Below, in pieces: positions 1-9,814 of a stretch of 64,000 nucleotides of DNA (position 1 is its first letter; every line of letters starts with the position of its first letter). Location: NCBI GenBank assembly GCA_963817235.1, contig CAWFNS010000001.1, positions 74,951 through 138,950 of the forward strand, written 5' to 3'. Under the pieces are notes generated by a model. It did not search any database and was not told where the DNA came from. It was given only the letters and a program-made list of their open reading frames with translations. Source of the DNA: an uncultured Actinomycetes bacterium. GTDB lineage: Bacteria; Actinomycetota; UBA4738; HRBIN12. The translations under genes and the position numbers were made by a program.

Positions 1-190
1 GGTCTGCACGTTCCCGCGTTCGGAGACCGACGCCGTGTGCGACGTGCTCGTGCGCCGCCGTCCCGACCTCGAGCCGATCGCGACGCCCGGGCCGGACGGC
101 ACGGTCACGCGGCACCGCCTGTGGCCGCATCGCGACGGCTCGGACGGGATGTTCGTCGCCGCGTTCCGGCGCGCGACGGAGGCGGGCTGA
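1..190 (+). CDS. rsmB: 3' end of 16S rRNA m5C methyltransferase RsmB/Fmu (partial; N-terminus outside window)
   Basis: Frame ending at TGA 188-190 translates ...HRLWPHRDGSDGMFVAAFRRATEAG, the typical RsmB C-terminus; followed by rpe as in the actinobacterial fmt-fmu-rpe-ribG order. Confidence 0.55.
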   Translation, partial: VCTFPRSETDAVCDVLVRRRPDLEPIATPGPDGTVTRHRLWPHRDGSDGMFVAAFRRATEAG

Positions 191-233
191 GCCGCTAGGG
201 AGCCCTGGTCGCGCCGGGTACGATAGGCGCCGC

Positions 234-893
234 ATGGGAAAACTCTCCGCGTCGATCCTCGCGGCGGACCTGGCGCGCCTCGGGGAGCAGGTCAAGCTGA
301 TCGAGCCGTATGCCGACGTCATCCACGTCGACATCATGGATGGACATTTCGTGCCGCCGATCGCGCTCGGCGCGGTGGTCGTGCAGAGCCTTCGGCCGGT
401 GACCGCGCTGCCGCTGCACGGCCACCTCATGGTGGACGCGCCGGAGGCGTTCTTCGACGAGCTCCGGGAGGCGGGCCTGGACATGGTCAGCTTCCATCTG
501 GAGGCGGTCCCCGAGCCGGCGCCGGCCATCCGCAAGGCGCGCGGGGCCGGGCTCGGCGTCGGTCTGACCCTCAACATGGAGTCGCCGGTGGAGGCGTCGT
601 TCCCCTACCTCGACCAGGTGGACGACCTGATGCTGATGAGCATCCGGCCCGGCTGGTCCTTCCAGACGTTGAACCCCGAGGTGTATCCGCGGCTCGAGGC
701 CGTCCGCGCCGAGATCGATCGCGCGGGCGTCGCCGTCGAGCTCGAGATCGACGGCGGCGTCAAGGTGGACAACGCGACGCGGGCGGTGGAGGCGGGCGCG
801 ACGGTCCTGATCGCCGCGTCGGGGATCTTCGCCACGGCGGATCCGGCGGGCGCGGCCCGCGCCCTGGCCGCGATCGCGGAAGGAGCCTCGTAG
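234..893 (+). CDS. rpe: ribulose-phosphate 3-epimerase
   Basis: 219 aa ORF; SASILAADLARLGEQV...HVDIMDGHFVPPIALG, classic Rpe TIM-barrel signature. Confidence 0.9.
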   Translation: MGKLSASILAADLARLGEQVKLIEPYADVIHVDIMDGHFVPPIALGAVVVQSLRPVTALPLHGHLMVDAPEAFFDELREAGLDMVSFHLEAVPEPAPAIRKARGAGLGVGLTLNMESPVEASFPYLDQVDDLMLMSIRPGWSFQTLNPEVYPRLEAVRAEIDRAGVAVELEIDGGVKVDNATRAVEAGATVLIAASGIFATADPAGAARALAAIAEGAS

Positions 894-1823
894 GTGCCGG
901 AAACGATCCTCGTCGTCGACGACGATCCGGATATCGCGCGGTTCGTCGAGGTCAACCTCCGCTCGGCGGGGTACGACGTGACGGTCGCGGGCGACGGCGA
1001 GGAGGCGCTCGAGAAGGCCTCCGAGATCCGCCCGGACCTCGTGCTGCTGGACGTGATGATGCCGCGCATCGACGGGTTCGAGGTGGCGCAGCGGCTCCGG
1101 AAGAACCCCCAGACCGCGAACACGAGCATCATCATGCTCACCGCGAAGGCGCTGTCCGCCGACAAGGTCACCGGCCTGCAGTCCGGCGCCGACGACTACA
1201 TCATCAAGCCGTTCGACCCGATCGAGCTCCTCGCGCGCGTGAAGGGGACCTTGCGGCGCGCGAAGGAGATGCGGAACCTCTCGCCGCTGACCGGGTTGCC
1301 GGGCAACATCCGTATCCAGGAGGAGATCGAGCGCCAGGTCCGCGAGAGCCGGCCGTTCGCCGTGCTGTATTGCGACCTCGACAACTTCAAGGCGTACAAC
1401 GACCAGAAGGGCTTCGTCCGCGGGGACCGGCTCATCCAGTCGGTCGCGCGGATCATCCAGGACGCCGTGCTCGATCGCAACGGCACGGAGGGCTTCATCG
1501 GCCATGTCGGGGGCGACGACTTCGTCGCCGTCGTGGATCCGGACGCGGCCGAGGACGTCGCGAAGCGGATCTGCGAACGCTTCGAGGAGGCGCGCCCCGA
1601 CTTCTACGAATCCGAGGACCTCGAGCGCGGCTTCGTCCGGATCGAGGACCGCAAGGGCGTGATGCAGGACATCCCGCTCGTGGCCGTTTCGGTCGGCATC
1701 GCCAGCACCGCGAAACGCCAGTTCGCCCACTACGGCGAGGCGGTCGCGGTCGCCACCGAGATGAAGTCCTTCGCGAAGCGGCAGCCCGGCTCGAGCTACG
1801 CCGTCGACCGCCGCGCCGAGTAG
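894..1823 (+). CDS. response regulator: receiver domain fused to a GGDEF-type diguanylate cyclase domain with variant GGDDF motif
   Basis: N-terminal REC (ILVVDDDPDIARF...LLDVMMPRIDGFEV...DDYIIKPFD), then LTGLPGN, DLDNFKAYND, HVGGDDFV GGDEF-domain motifs; start codon directly abuts rpe stop. Confidence 0.8.
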   Translation: MPETILVVDDDPDIARFVEVNLRSAGYDVTVAGDGEEALEKASEIRPDLVLLDVMMPRIDGFEVAQRLRKNPQTANTSIIMLTAKALSADKVTGLQSGADDYIIKPFDPIELLARVKGTLRRAKEMRNLSPLTGLPGNIRIQEEIERQVRESRPFAVLYCDLDNFKAYNDQKGFVRGDRLIQSVARIIQDAVLDRNGTEGFIGHVGGDDFVAVVDPDAAEDVAKRICERFEEARPDFYESEDLERGFVRIEDRKGVMQDIPLVAVSVGIASTAKRQFAHYGEAVAVATEMKSFAKRQPGSSYAVDRRAE

Positions 1824-1874
1824 CGCGTCCGTCCGATATCCCGCCGGCGGGACCCGCCGTATACTCGCGTCGAA

Positions 1875-2005
1875 GCCTGTTTCCGGGGCGGGGCGCAACT
1901 CCCCACCGGCGGTGACAGTCCGCGACCCCACGGCCGCCAGCCGCGGGTGGACCCGGTGCGATCCCGGGACCGACCGTGAAAGTCGGGATGGGAGGAACAG
2001 GCGCG
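1875..2005 (+). promoter_or_regulatory. FMN riboswitch (RFN element) in 5' leader of ribD
   Basis: CGGGGCGGGGCGCAACTCCCCACCGGCGGTGACAGTCCGCGACCC...GCGGGTGGACCCGGTGCGATCCCGGGACCGACCGTGAAAGTCGGGATGGGAGGAACAGG matches the conserved RFN core (GGGCAGGGTGAAATTCCC / ACCGGCGGT / GACAGTGAAAGTCTGGATGGGAGA); lies immediately upstream of the rib operon. Confidence 0.85.
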
Positions 2006-2070
2006 TCAGGCGTCGTCGCGTCCGCGGCGGCCGCCCGCCGTGTCGTCCACGCCCCGGTCGGGGGGAGCGC

Positions 2071-3180
2071 GTGGACGGACACGAGGAGCAGATGCGGCGG
2101 GCCCTGGAGCTCGCCGAGCGCGGCTGGGGCCGCGTATCTCCGAACCCGATGGTGGGCGCCGTCGTCGTTTCCGAACACGGCGATCTCCTGGGCGAGGGCT
2201 GGCACGAGGGCCCGGGGACCCGGCACGCCGAGGTGATGGCGCTCGAGCAGGCGGGTGCCGCCGCTCGTGGGGCCACGGTCGTGACCACGCTCGAGCCGTG
2301 CGACCGGCAAGGGCGCACCCCGCCCTGCACGAGGGCGCTCATCGCGGCCGGCGTCGGGCGGGTCGTCGTCGGCGCGATCGATCCCGATCTGGGCGAGGGC
2401 GCGCCCGGGCTCGCCGAGCTCCGGAACGCCGGCATCGCCGTGGAGGCCGGCGTGCTGGAGGCCGAGGCTCGGCGGCTGAACGAAGCCTTCGAGCATCACG
2501 TGGCGACCGGCCTCCCGTTCGTGGTCATGAAGTCGGCCGCGTCGCTGGACGGCAAGACGGCCGCCGTGGACGGGACCTCCCGGTGGATCACCTCCGAGGA
2601 CGCGCGGTCGGACGTGCAGCGGCTGCGCGCGTGGTCCGACGCCATCCTCGTCGGGTCGCGCACCGTCGCCGAGGACGATCCCGCCCTGACCGTCCGCGAT
2701 CCACGGTTCGCGGGCGCGCGCCCACCGCTCCGCGTCGCGGTCGATTCCGGCGGCCGGCTGCCGCCCGTCGGACGGCTGTTCGATGGATCGGCGCCGACGC
2801 TCATCGCCACGACCGACCGGACCGACGAGCTGCGCGTCGCCGAGTGGCAGACGGCCGGGGCCGAGGTCGTGGTGTTGGATCGGGACGCCGACGACGGCGT
2901 CTCGTTGCGAGGGCTGCTGGAGCTGCTCGGCGCCCGCGAGGTCCAGGGGGTCCTCGTGGAGGCCGGCGCGAACCTCGCGTGGGCGCTCCTGCGCGACGAC
3001 CTCGTGGACCGGATCGTGCTCTACATCGCGCCGAAGGTGCTGGGCGGCGCGGCGGCGCCCGGCGTCGTGGACGGGCGCGGGTTCTCGCCGGTCGGCGAGG
3101 CGTTGCCGCTCACGTTCGAGCGCGTCGAACGGGTCGGACCCGATCTGAAGGTGGAGGCCCATGTTCACCGGGATCGTTGA
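2071..3180 (+). CDS. ribD: bifunctional riboflavin biosynthesis protein RibD (pyrimidine deaminase / reductase)
   Basis: MRRALELAERGWGRVSPNPMVGAVVV...HAEVMAL...TLEPC (CMP/dCMP deaminase zinc motif) then RibD reductase domain; GTG 2071 after GGGGGAG SD; the longer ORF from 1912 would overlap the riboswitch. Confidence 0.85.
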   Translation: MDGHEEQMRRALELAERGWGRVSPNPMVGAVVVSEHGDLLGEGWHEGPGTRHAEVMALEQAGAAARGATVVTTLEPCDRQGRTPPCTRALIAAGVGRVVVGAIDPDLGEGAPGLAELRNAGIAVEAGVLEAEARRLNEAFEHHVATGLPFVVMKSAASLDGKTAAVDGTSRWITSEDARSDVQRLRAWSDAILVGSRTVAEDDPALTVRDPRFAGARPPLRVAVDSGGRLPPVGRLFDGSAPTLIATTDRTDELRVAEWQTAGAEVVVLDRDADDGVSLRGLLELLGAREVQGVLVEAGANLAWALLRDDLVDRIVLYIAPKVLGGAAAPGVVDGRGFSPVGEALPLTFERVERVGPDLKVEAHVHRDR

Positions 3181-3748
3181 GGAGGTCGGGTCCGTGCGGC
3201 GCGCCGGGGCCGGCGCGCTGGTGGTGGGCTGCGACACGATCGCCGACGACAGCGGGCTCGGCGCATCGGTGGCGGTGAGCGGCGTGTGCCTCACCGTCGT
3301 CGAGCGCTCGTCGACGACCCTGCGGTTCGATCTGTCGCCGGAGACGCTGGACCGAACCACCCTGGGGGCGTTGCGGCCGGGCGAGCGGGTCAACCTGGAG
3401 CGGCCGGTCACGCTGGCCGCCCGGCTGGGCGGGCACCTCGTCCAGGGCCACGTCGACGGGCTCGCCGAGGTCGCGTCGCTCACGGAGGACGGGACGGGGA
3501 ACGCGGTGTTGCGCGTGCTCCTGCCCACGCCGCTGCTGTCCGGGGTGGTGCCGAAGGGGTCGATCGCGATCGACGGCGTGAGCCTCACGGTCGCGGCGAT
3601 CGACGGCGACGCGATCGACATCGCGTTGATCCCCCACACGTTGGCGGCGACGACGCTCGGTGAGCTCCGGGCGGGCGACCGCTGCAACGTCGAGACCGAT
3701 GTGATCGCGAAGTACGTGGAACGACTCATGGAAAGGGCCGAGCGATGA
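3161..3748 (+). CDS. ribE: riboflavin synthase alpha subunit
   Basis: [12 protein letters not shown]...GVCLTV...[10 protein letters not shown]...[11 protein letters not shown], duplicated lumazine-binding repeats. Confidence 0.9.
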   Translation: MFTGIVEEVGSVRRAGAGALVVGCDTIADDSGLGASVAVSGVCLTVVERSSTTLRFDLSPETLDRTTLGALRPGERVNLERPVTLAARLGGHLVQGHVDGLAEVASLTEDGTGNAVLRVLLPTPLLSGVVPKGSIAIDGVSLTVAAIDGDAIDIALIPHTLAATTLGELRAGDRCNVETDVIAKYVERLMERAER

Positions 3749-4989
3749 ACGAGCAGGTGCATCCAGGCGACGAGCTTCCCTTCGCGACGATCGACCGGGC
3801 GCTCGCGGACATGCGCGAGGGCAGGATCCTGGTCGTCGTCGACGACGCGGACAGGGAGAACGAGGGCGACTTCATCATCGCGGCGGAGCGATGCACCCCG
3901 GAGGCCCTCAACTTCATGGTCACGCACGGCCGCGGCATCGTGTGTCTCCCGGTCGCGTCGTGGCGACTCGACGAGCTCCAGATCCCGCAGATGGTTAGCA
4001 CGAACGGCGGTGATGAAACGGCGTTCACGGTCTCGATCGACTTCGCACCGGAGATCACCACCGGGACGAGCGCGTTCGACCGGGCCGCCACCGCGCGCGC
4101 GATCGCCGACCTCGGCTCGAAGCCGCACGACTTCCTCCGGCCCGGGCACGTGTTCCCGCTCCGCGCGAAGGAAGGCGGCGTGCTGCGGCGCGCCGGCCAC
4201 ACGGAGGCCGCGGTCGATCTCGCGACGCTCGCCGGGATGTTCCCGGCGGGGGTGATCTGCGAGGTGATGAACGCCGACGGCTCCATGGCGCGGTTGCCGG
4301 AGCTCGCGCGCGTCGCTCGTGAACACTCGCTGACCCTGATCTCGATCGCCGACCTCATCGAGTACCGCCGCAAGCGCGAGGTGCTCGTCGCGCGCGTCGC
4401 GGAGGCGGCGATCCCGACGGCGTGGGGCGAGTTCCGCGCGTGCGCGTACGAAAGCCTCGTCGACGGTCGCACCCACGTGGCCCTGGTGAAGGGCGACCTC
4501 GGCGACGGCACGGACGTGCTGACGCGGGTGCACTCGGAATGCCTGACCGGCGACGTGTTCGGCTCGCTGCGCTGCGACTGCGGCCGGCAGCTCGATCGCG
4601 CGATCGAGCTCATCGGCACCGAGGGGCGCGGCGTCGTGCTCTACGTCCGGGGGCACGAGGGCCGTGCGATCGGCCTGACGCACAAGCTCCGCGCCTACCA
4701 GCTCCAGGACCAGGGCCGCGACACCGTCGAGGCGAACATCGAGCTCGGGTTCGCGGCCGACCAGCGCGACTACGGCATCGGCGCACAGATCCTGACGGAT
4801 CTCGGCGTCCGCACGATGCGCCTGCTGACGAACAACCCGGACAAGCGCGCGGGGCTCGAGGGCTACGGCCTGTCGATCGTCGAACGGATCCCGCTCGAGA
4901 CCGAACCGACGGCCGAGAACGTCGACTACCTCCGGACGAAGGCGGAGAAGCTCGGTCACCTCCTCGATCTGCCCGGAGCGCCGGGATGA
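3745..4989 (+). CDS. ribBA: bifunctional 3,4-dihydroxy-2-butanone-4-phosphate synthase / GTP cyclohydrolase II
   Basis: 414 aa; DRENEGDFI (DHBP synthase) and [18 protein letters not shown] (GTP cyclohydrolase II zinc motif). Confidence 0.9.
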   Translation: MNEQVHPGDELPFATIDRALADMREGRILVVVDDADRENEGDFIIAAERCTPEALNFMVTHGRGIVCLPVASWRLDELQIPQMVSTNGGDETAFTVSIDFAPEITTGTSAFDRAATARAIADLGSKPHDFLRPGHVFPLRAKEGGVLRRAGHTEAAVDLATLAGMFPAGVICEVMNADGSMARLPELARVAREHSLTLISIADLIEYRRKREVLVARVAEAAIPTAWGEFRACAYESLVDGRTHVALVKGDLGDGTDVLTRVHSECLTGDVFGSLRCDCGRQLDRAIELIGTEGRGVVLYVRGHEGRAIGLTHKLRAYQLQDQGRDTVEANIELGFAADQRDYGIGAQILTDLGVRTMRLLTNNPDKRAGLEGYGLSIVERIPLETEPTAENVDYLRTKAEKLGHLLDLPGAPG

Positions 4990-5471
4990 AGGTTCACCGG
5001 GGTGAGCTCGGCGGCGCGGGTCGGCGGGTGGCGGTGGTCGCCGCCCGCTTCAACGAGCTCGTGACATCGAAGCTGCTCGAGGGGGCGTTGTCGGGGCTCG
5101 CCCGGCACGGCGTCGACGACGACGACGTCACCGTCGCATGGGTACCCGGCGCCTTCGAGATCCCGCTGACGGCGGAGCGCCTGGCCCGTTCCGGGGACCA
5201 CGACGCGATCATCTGCCTCGGCGCCGTGATCCGTGGAGAGACGGCGCACTTCGACCTCGTCGCGAACGAGGCGGCGCGCGGCATCGCCGAGGTCTCGCGG
5301 AGCACCGGGATCCCGTGCATCTTCGAGGTGCTGGCGACGGAGGACCTCGCGCAGGCGCAGGCTCGCGCGGGCGGCGCGCACGGCAACCGGGGATGGGAGG
5401 CCGCCGAGGCCGCCCTCGAGATGATCGGCCTGCTCGAAAGCGTGCGGCAAGAGCGGGACAGGACGCCGTGA
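4986..5471 (+). CDS. ribH: 6,7-dimethyl-8-ribityllumazine synthase
   Basis: [35 protein letters not shown]...[11 protein letters not shown]; ATGA overlap with ribBA stop. Confidence 0.9.
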   Translation: MKVHRGELGGAGRRVAVVAARFNELVTSKLLEGALSGLARHGVDDDDVTVAWVPGAFEIPLTAERLARSGDHDAIICLGAVIRGETAHFDLVANEAARGIAEVSRSTGIPCIFEVLATEDLAQAQARAGGAHGNRGWEAAEAALEMIGLLESVRQERDRTP

Positions 5472-5809
5472 TCGTCGATCGCCCATGGGGCCGGCTCGCC
5501 ACCTACGTGCTGAACCAGATGGCGACGGTCCGGCTCGTGACCGTCCGCCCGGGCGCCGAGACCGGCGCGCACTACCACCGACTGCGCGACGAGATGTGGG
5601 TCGTGCTCGATCCGGGACTCACGGTCGAGATCGGGAACCGGGTGGTGCAGGCCGAGCCCGGCCAGGAGTTCACCGTGCCGGCGGAGGAAGCCCACCGCGT
5701 GCGCTGTACGGGACCGGACCCGGGCCGGATCCTGCAGGTCGCCTTCGGCTACGACGACGAAGAGGACCGGCTGGCCGTCGGCGAGGACGAGCAGGACTCG
5801 GAGTGGTGA
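5468..5809 (+). CDS. cupin-domain protein (mannose-6-phosphate isomerase-like cupin_2)
   Basis: VDRPWGRLATYVLN...RPGAETGAHYHRLRDEMWVVL...EFTVPAEEAHRV; GTG start overlapping ribH end; the M-start ORF in another frame is Arg/Pro junk. Confidence 0.6.
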   Translation: MIVDRPWGRLATYVLNQMATVRLVTVRPGAETGAHYHRLRDEMWVVLDPGLTVEIGNRVVQAEPGQEFTVPAEEAHRVRCTGPDPGRILQVAFGYDDEEDRLAVGEDEQDSEW

Positions 5810-5938
5810 CGGGCTCGGACCTCGGCGTTGACCTCGGTCGACGCCGGTCGGGGGCGTTCCCTATACTCTGCGGGCGCGGAGAGCGCGTTCTTGTTCATCG
5901 TGCACCGGCTCCGTCCGGTGCTCGTTCGTCATAGGAGG

Positions 5939-6619
<681 letters not shown>

Positions 6620-6626
6620 GACCACG

Positions 6627-6824
6627 ATGCCGAAGATGAAGACCCACCGGGCGGCCGCGAAGCGCTTCCGCGTGACGCGCCGCGGCAAGGTCCTGCACCG
6701 GAAGGCGACCGGCAACCACATGCTCACGAAGAAGACCGGCAGCCGTCGCCGCAGGGTCGAGGGGATGGCCGAGGTCAAGGCCACCCGTGAGCAGAAGAAG
6801 CTGAAGCGGCTCCTGGCGAGGTGA
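6627..6824 (+). CDS. rpmI: 50S ribosomal protein L35
   Basis: [27 protein letters not shown]... Confidence 0.9.
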   Translation: MPKMKTHRAAAKRFRVTRRGKVLHRKATGNHMLTKKTGSRRRRVEGMAEVKATREQKKLKRLLAR

Positions 6825-6828
6825 CGAC

Positions 6829-7290
6829 ATGGCTCGAGTGAAACGATCCGTCCACGCGAAGAAGAAGCGCCGCGAGATCCTGACGTCGGCGAAGGGCTAT
6901 ACGGGCAGCCGGCGGATCCGCTACCGGCTCGCGAAGGAGCAGGTCCAGCACTCCGGCGTCTACGCGTACCGCGACCGGCGGGACCGCAAGGCGCAGTTCC
7001 GCCGGCTGTGGATCGCCCGGATCAACGCGGGCGTACGGCCACACGGCATGTCCTATTCGCGGTTCATGAACGGGTTGAAGGTGGCCGGCGTCGAGGTCGA
7101 CCGCAAGATCCTGGCCGACCTCGCCGTGCACGACCCGAAGGCGTTCGCCGGCCTCGTCGAGACGGCCAAGGACGCGCTCGGCGTCGAAGCCGGCCGCGTG
7201 ACCGCCGCTCCCGTCGGCGCGCCGGCGGCCACCGGAGACTCCGGGCGTCCGGAGCCTGCTCGGAGCGGCGTCCCGTGCTCACCAGCCTGA
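6829..7290 (+). CDS. rplT: 50S ribosomal protein L20 (with ~35 aa Ala/Pro/Gly C-terminal extension)
   Basis: [39 protein letters not shown]...[12 protein letters not shown]. Confidence 0.85.
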   Translation: MARVKRSVHAKKKRREILTSAKGYTGSRRIRYRLAKEQVQHSGVYAYRDRRDRKAQFRRLWIARINAGVRPHGMSYSRFMNGLKVAGVEVDRKILADLAVHDPKAFAGLVETAKDALGVEAGRVTAAPVGAPAATGDSGRPEPARSGVPCSPA

Positions 7291-8713
7291 AGAACCCGAA
7301 GGTCGCGGCCGTCGCGCGCCTGAAGAAGCGCGCGTTCCGGGAGCAGGACCGGCGGTTCCTCGTGGAGGGGGCCCACGCGGTCGGCGAAGCGCTGGCCGAG
7401 ACCCCGCCCGCGCTCGTCTCGCTCCTGGTCGGCGCCGATCTGGGCGAGCTCGCCGTGCGAGCCCGTCAGGCGGGCGTCGAGGTCGACGCGGTGAGCGAGG
7501 AACTCCTGCGGAAGCTCACGTCGACGATCACGCCGCAGCCGCTCGTCGGGCGTCGCGCCGTTCGTCGACGTCCCGCTCGAGGAGATCCCGGCGGTCGGGG
7601 ACGGTGCGTGCGTCGGGGTCCTGCACGAGGTTCGCGATCCGGGGAACGCCGGCACGGTCCTGCGATCGGCGGACGCGGCCGGAGCGGCCGGGCTCGTCTT
7701 CAGCCGAGACATCCGTCGACGTCTACAACCCGAAGACCGTCCGGGCTTCGGCGGGGTCGATCTTCCACGTGCCGATCGTCCGCGAGATGCCGGCCGGGGA
7801 GGCGATCGAGACGCTCCGCACGCGCGGGTTCCGGATCCTCGCGATGGACACGAACGGCAGCGAGAACCTCTACGCGACCGAGCTGGGCGGGGACGTCGCC
7901 TTCGTCTTCGGCAACGAGGCCCACGGCCTGCCGCAAGAGATCGTCGCGCGCGCCGATGCCACCGTGCGGGTCCCGCACGCGGGCCGGGCCGAATCGCTGA
8001 ACCTCGCGGCCGCCGCCACCGTCTGCCTGTTCGAGTGGGCGCGCCGCCGCGTCGGGAAGGGGGCCACCCTCGAGGGGCTCATCGCGGCGGCCGCGCACGA
8101 CATCCGCTCGCCGCTCACGGCGATGAAAGGGTTCGGGTACGCACTGGCGAAGCGATGGGACCAGATCGACGCCGACCAGCGCGCGATGATGCTCGAGGGC
8201 ATCGTCCACGACGCCGACCGGATGGATCACATCGTGCGGTTGCTCGTGGACGCCGCGAGGGTGTCCGCCGGGTCCCTCGAGCTCTTCCCGGATCAGGTGG
8301 ACCTCGGCGATCTCGTGGCCGGGCTCGCCGAGTCGCAGGCGCGCGACCCCGAGCATCCGGCGATCGCGTGGAGCGGTGATCCCGGTCCGTACTTCCTCGA
8401 TCCGGCCAGGATCAAGACGGCGCTGCTCGCCTTCCTGGAGTCGCTCGTGTGGTGGGGGAGCGACGGTCCGATCCGGATCAGCGCCGAGCGCGGCCCGGGA
8501 TCGGTGCACATCGCCGCGACGCGTCCGAGCGAGGACATCGACACGCCGGCCGCGGAGGCGTTGTTCGCGGCACGCAAGCCCGGATCGGGCGCGGGCAGCA
8601 AGATCGGGCTGTACGTGGCGCGCGCCGTGGCGGAGGCGCAGGGCGGCCGTGCGTGGGCCGAGGTCCACGACGGCGAGCTCTCGTTCCACCTCGAGCTGCC
8701 GATCCCAGGGTGA
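7275..8713 (+). CDS. TrmH/SpoU-family (TsnR-like) RNA 2'-O-methyltransferase continuing without stop into a HisKA+HATPase histidine-kinase core; two apparent frameshifts in the methyltransferase part (~7550 and ~7700)
   Basis: Frame 0: [15 protein letters not shown]...FLVEGAHAV...TITPQPLVG; frame +1: [48 protein letters not shown]; frame +2: [18 protein letters not shown]...[12 protein letters not shown]...[19 protein letters not shown] then, same frame, [22 protein letters not shown] (H-box) ... [22 protein letters not shown] (G2 box) to stop 8713. Confidence 0.6.
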
Positions 8714-8758
8714 GCCCGTCCGGGCGACCGCAAGGCCGTTGCTAGACTCGGCCCACCC

Positions 8759-9814
8759 ATGGACGCCGAGGAGATGTCGCGCACCCTCGAGGCCGAACGG
8801 ACGCGCGGCCTCGAGGCGTTCGATGCCGCCGGCTCCCCGCAGGAGCTCGATGCGTCCGAGAGCGCGGTGCTCGGCCGACGGTCCCCGTTCAGCGGTGTCC
8901 AGCGCGCGCTCGGGGGGCTCGACGACGAGCAGCGCCGCACGCTCGGCCGTCGCGTCAACGAGGTCCGCCGGGAGCTGACCGACGCGCTCGAGGCCCGTCG
9001 CGAGTCGTTCCGCGTCGACGCCGAGGCCGCCCTGCTCGCCGCCGACCGCGTGGATCTGTCGCTGCCGGGCCGCCGGCCCAGGACGGGCTCGCTGCACCCG
9101 CTCACGATCGTCGAGGACGAGATCGTCGAGCTGTTCCTCCGGCTGGGGTTCCGCGTGGTCGAGGGGCCGGAGATCGAGGACGACTGGCACAACTTCCAGG
9201 CCCTGAACATCCCGGAGGATCACCCCGCACGGACCATGAAGGACTCGCTCTACGTCGCGATCCCCGGCCACCCGGAGCTGCTCCTTCGAACGGAGACCTC
9301 CGCCGTGCAGATCCGCACGATGCAGTCGCAACCCCCGCCCGTGTACATCGTGGCGCCGGGCCGCGTCTACCGGCGGGAGACGGCCGACGCGACCCACCTG
9401 TCCGTGTTCCACCAGGTGGAGGCGCTCGTGGTCGACGAGGGGATCACGTTCGCGGACCTGAAGGGCACGCTCGAGACGATGGCGCGTGGCCTCTTCGGCG
9501 AGGATCGCCGTATCCGGCTGGGACCGGCGTACTTCCCCTTCGTCGAGCCGGGTGCCGAGGTCGGCGTCTCGTGCTTCGTGTGCGACGGCGTCGGCTGCAA
9601 GGTGTGCGGCAACGGCTGGATCGAGCTGCTCGGCTCGGGCATGGTCCACCCGCGGGTGCTCGAGAACTGCGGGTACGACAGCGAGCGCTTCACGGGCTTC
9701 GCGTTCGGCCTCGGCATCGAACGGGTCGCGATCTTGAAGTACGCGATCCCGGATATGCGGGTGCTCCTGGACGCGGACGTCCGGTTCCTCGAGCAGTTCG
9801 AGGGCGTCGCGTGA
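8759..9814 (+). CDS. pheS: phenylalanine--tRNA ligase alpha subunit
   Basis: 351 aa; ...[12 protein letters not shown]...[12 protein letters not shown]...[12 protein letters not shown]...[16 protein letters not shown]. Confidence 0.9.
   Translation: MDAEEMSRTLEAERTRGLEAFDAAGSPQELDASESAVLGRRSPFSGVQRALGGLDDEQRRTLGRRVNEVRRELTDALEARRESFRVDAEAALLAADRVDLSLPGRRPRTGSLHPLTIVEDEIVELFLRLGFRVVEGPEIEDDWHNFQALNIPEDHPARTMKDSLYVAIPGHPELLLRTETSAVQIRTMQSQPPPVYIVAPGRVYRRETADATHLSVFHQVEALVVDEGITFADLKGTLETMARGLFGEDRRIRLGPAYFPFVEPGAEVGVSCFVCDGVGCKVCGNGWIELLGSGMVHPRVLENCGYDSERFTGFAFGLGIERVAILKYAIPDMRVLLDADVRFLEQFEGVA

Noticed and set aside
195-2435. 746-aa minus-strand ORF
   Set aside because: Antisense to rpe and the REC-GGDEF gene. 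Its translation is Arg/Pro/Gly/Ala low-complexity with no motifs, the typical spurious open frame of >70% GC DNA.
1495-4959. 1154-aa minus-strand ORF
   Set aside because: Antisense to the FMN riboswitch and the whole rib operon, whose plus-strand products are unambiguous. The translation is Arg/Pro-rich junk.
5485-5934. ATG-initiated 149-aa ORF overlapping the cupin gene
   Set aside because: Different frame from the recognisable cupin (WG...HxH...E...H) protein. The translation is Gly/Arg/Pro repeats.
7700-9649. 649-aa minus-strand ORF
   Set aside because: Antisense to the TrmH-kinase gene and pheS; no domain signatures.
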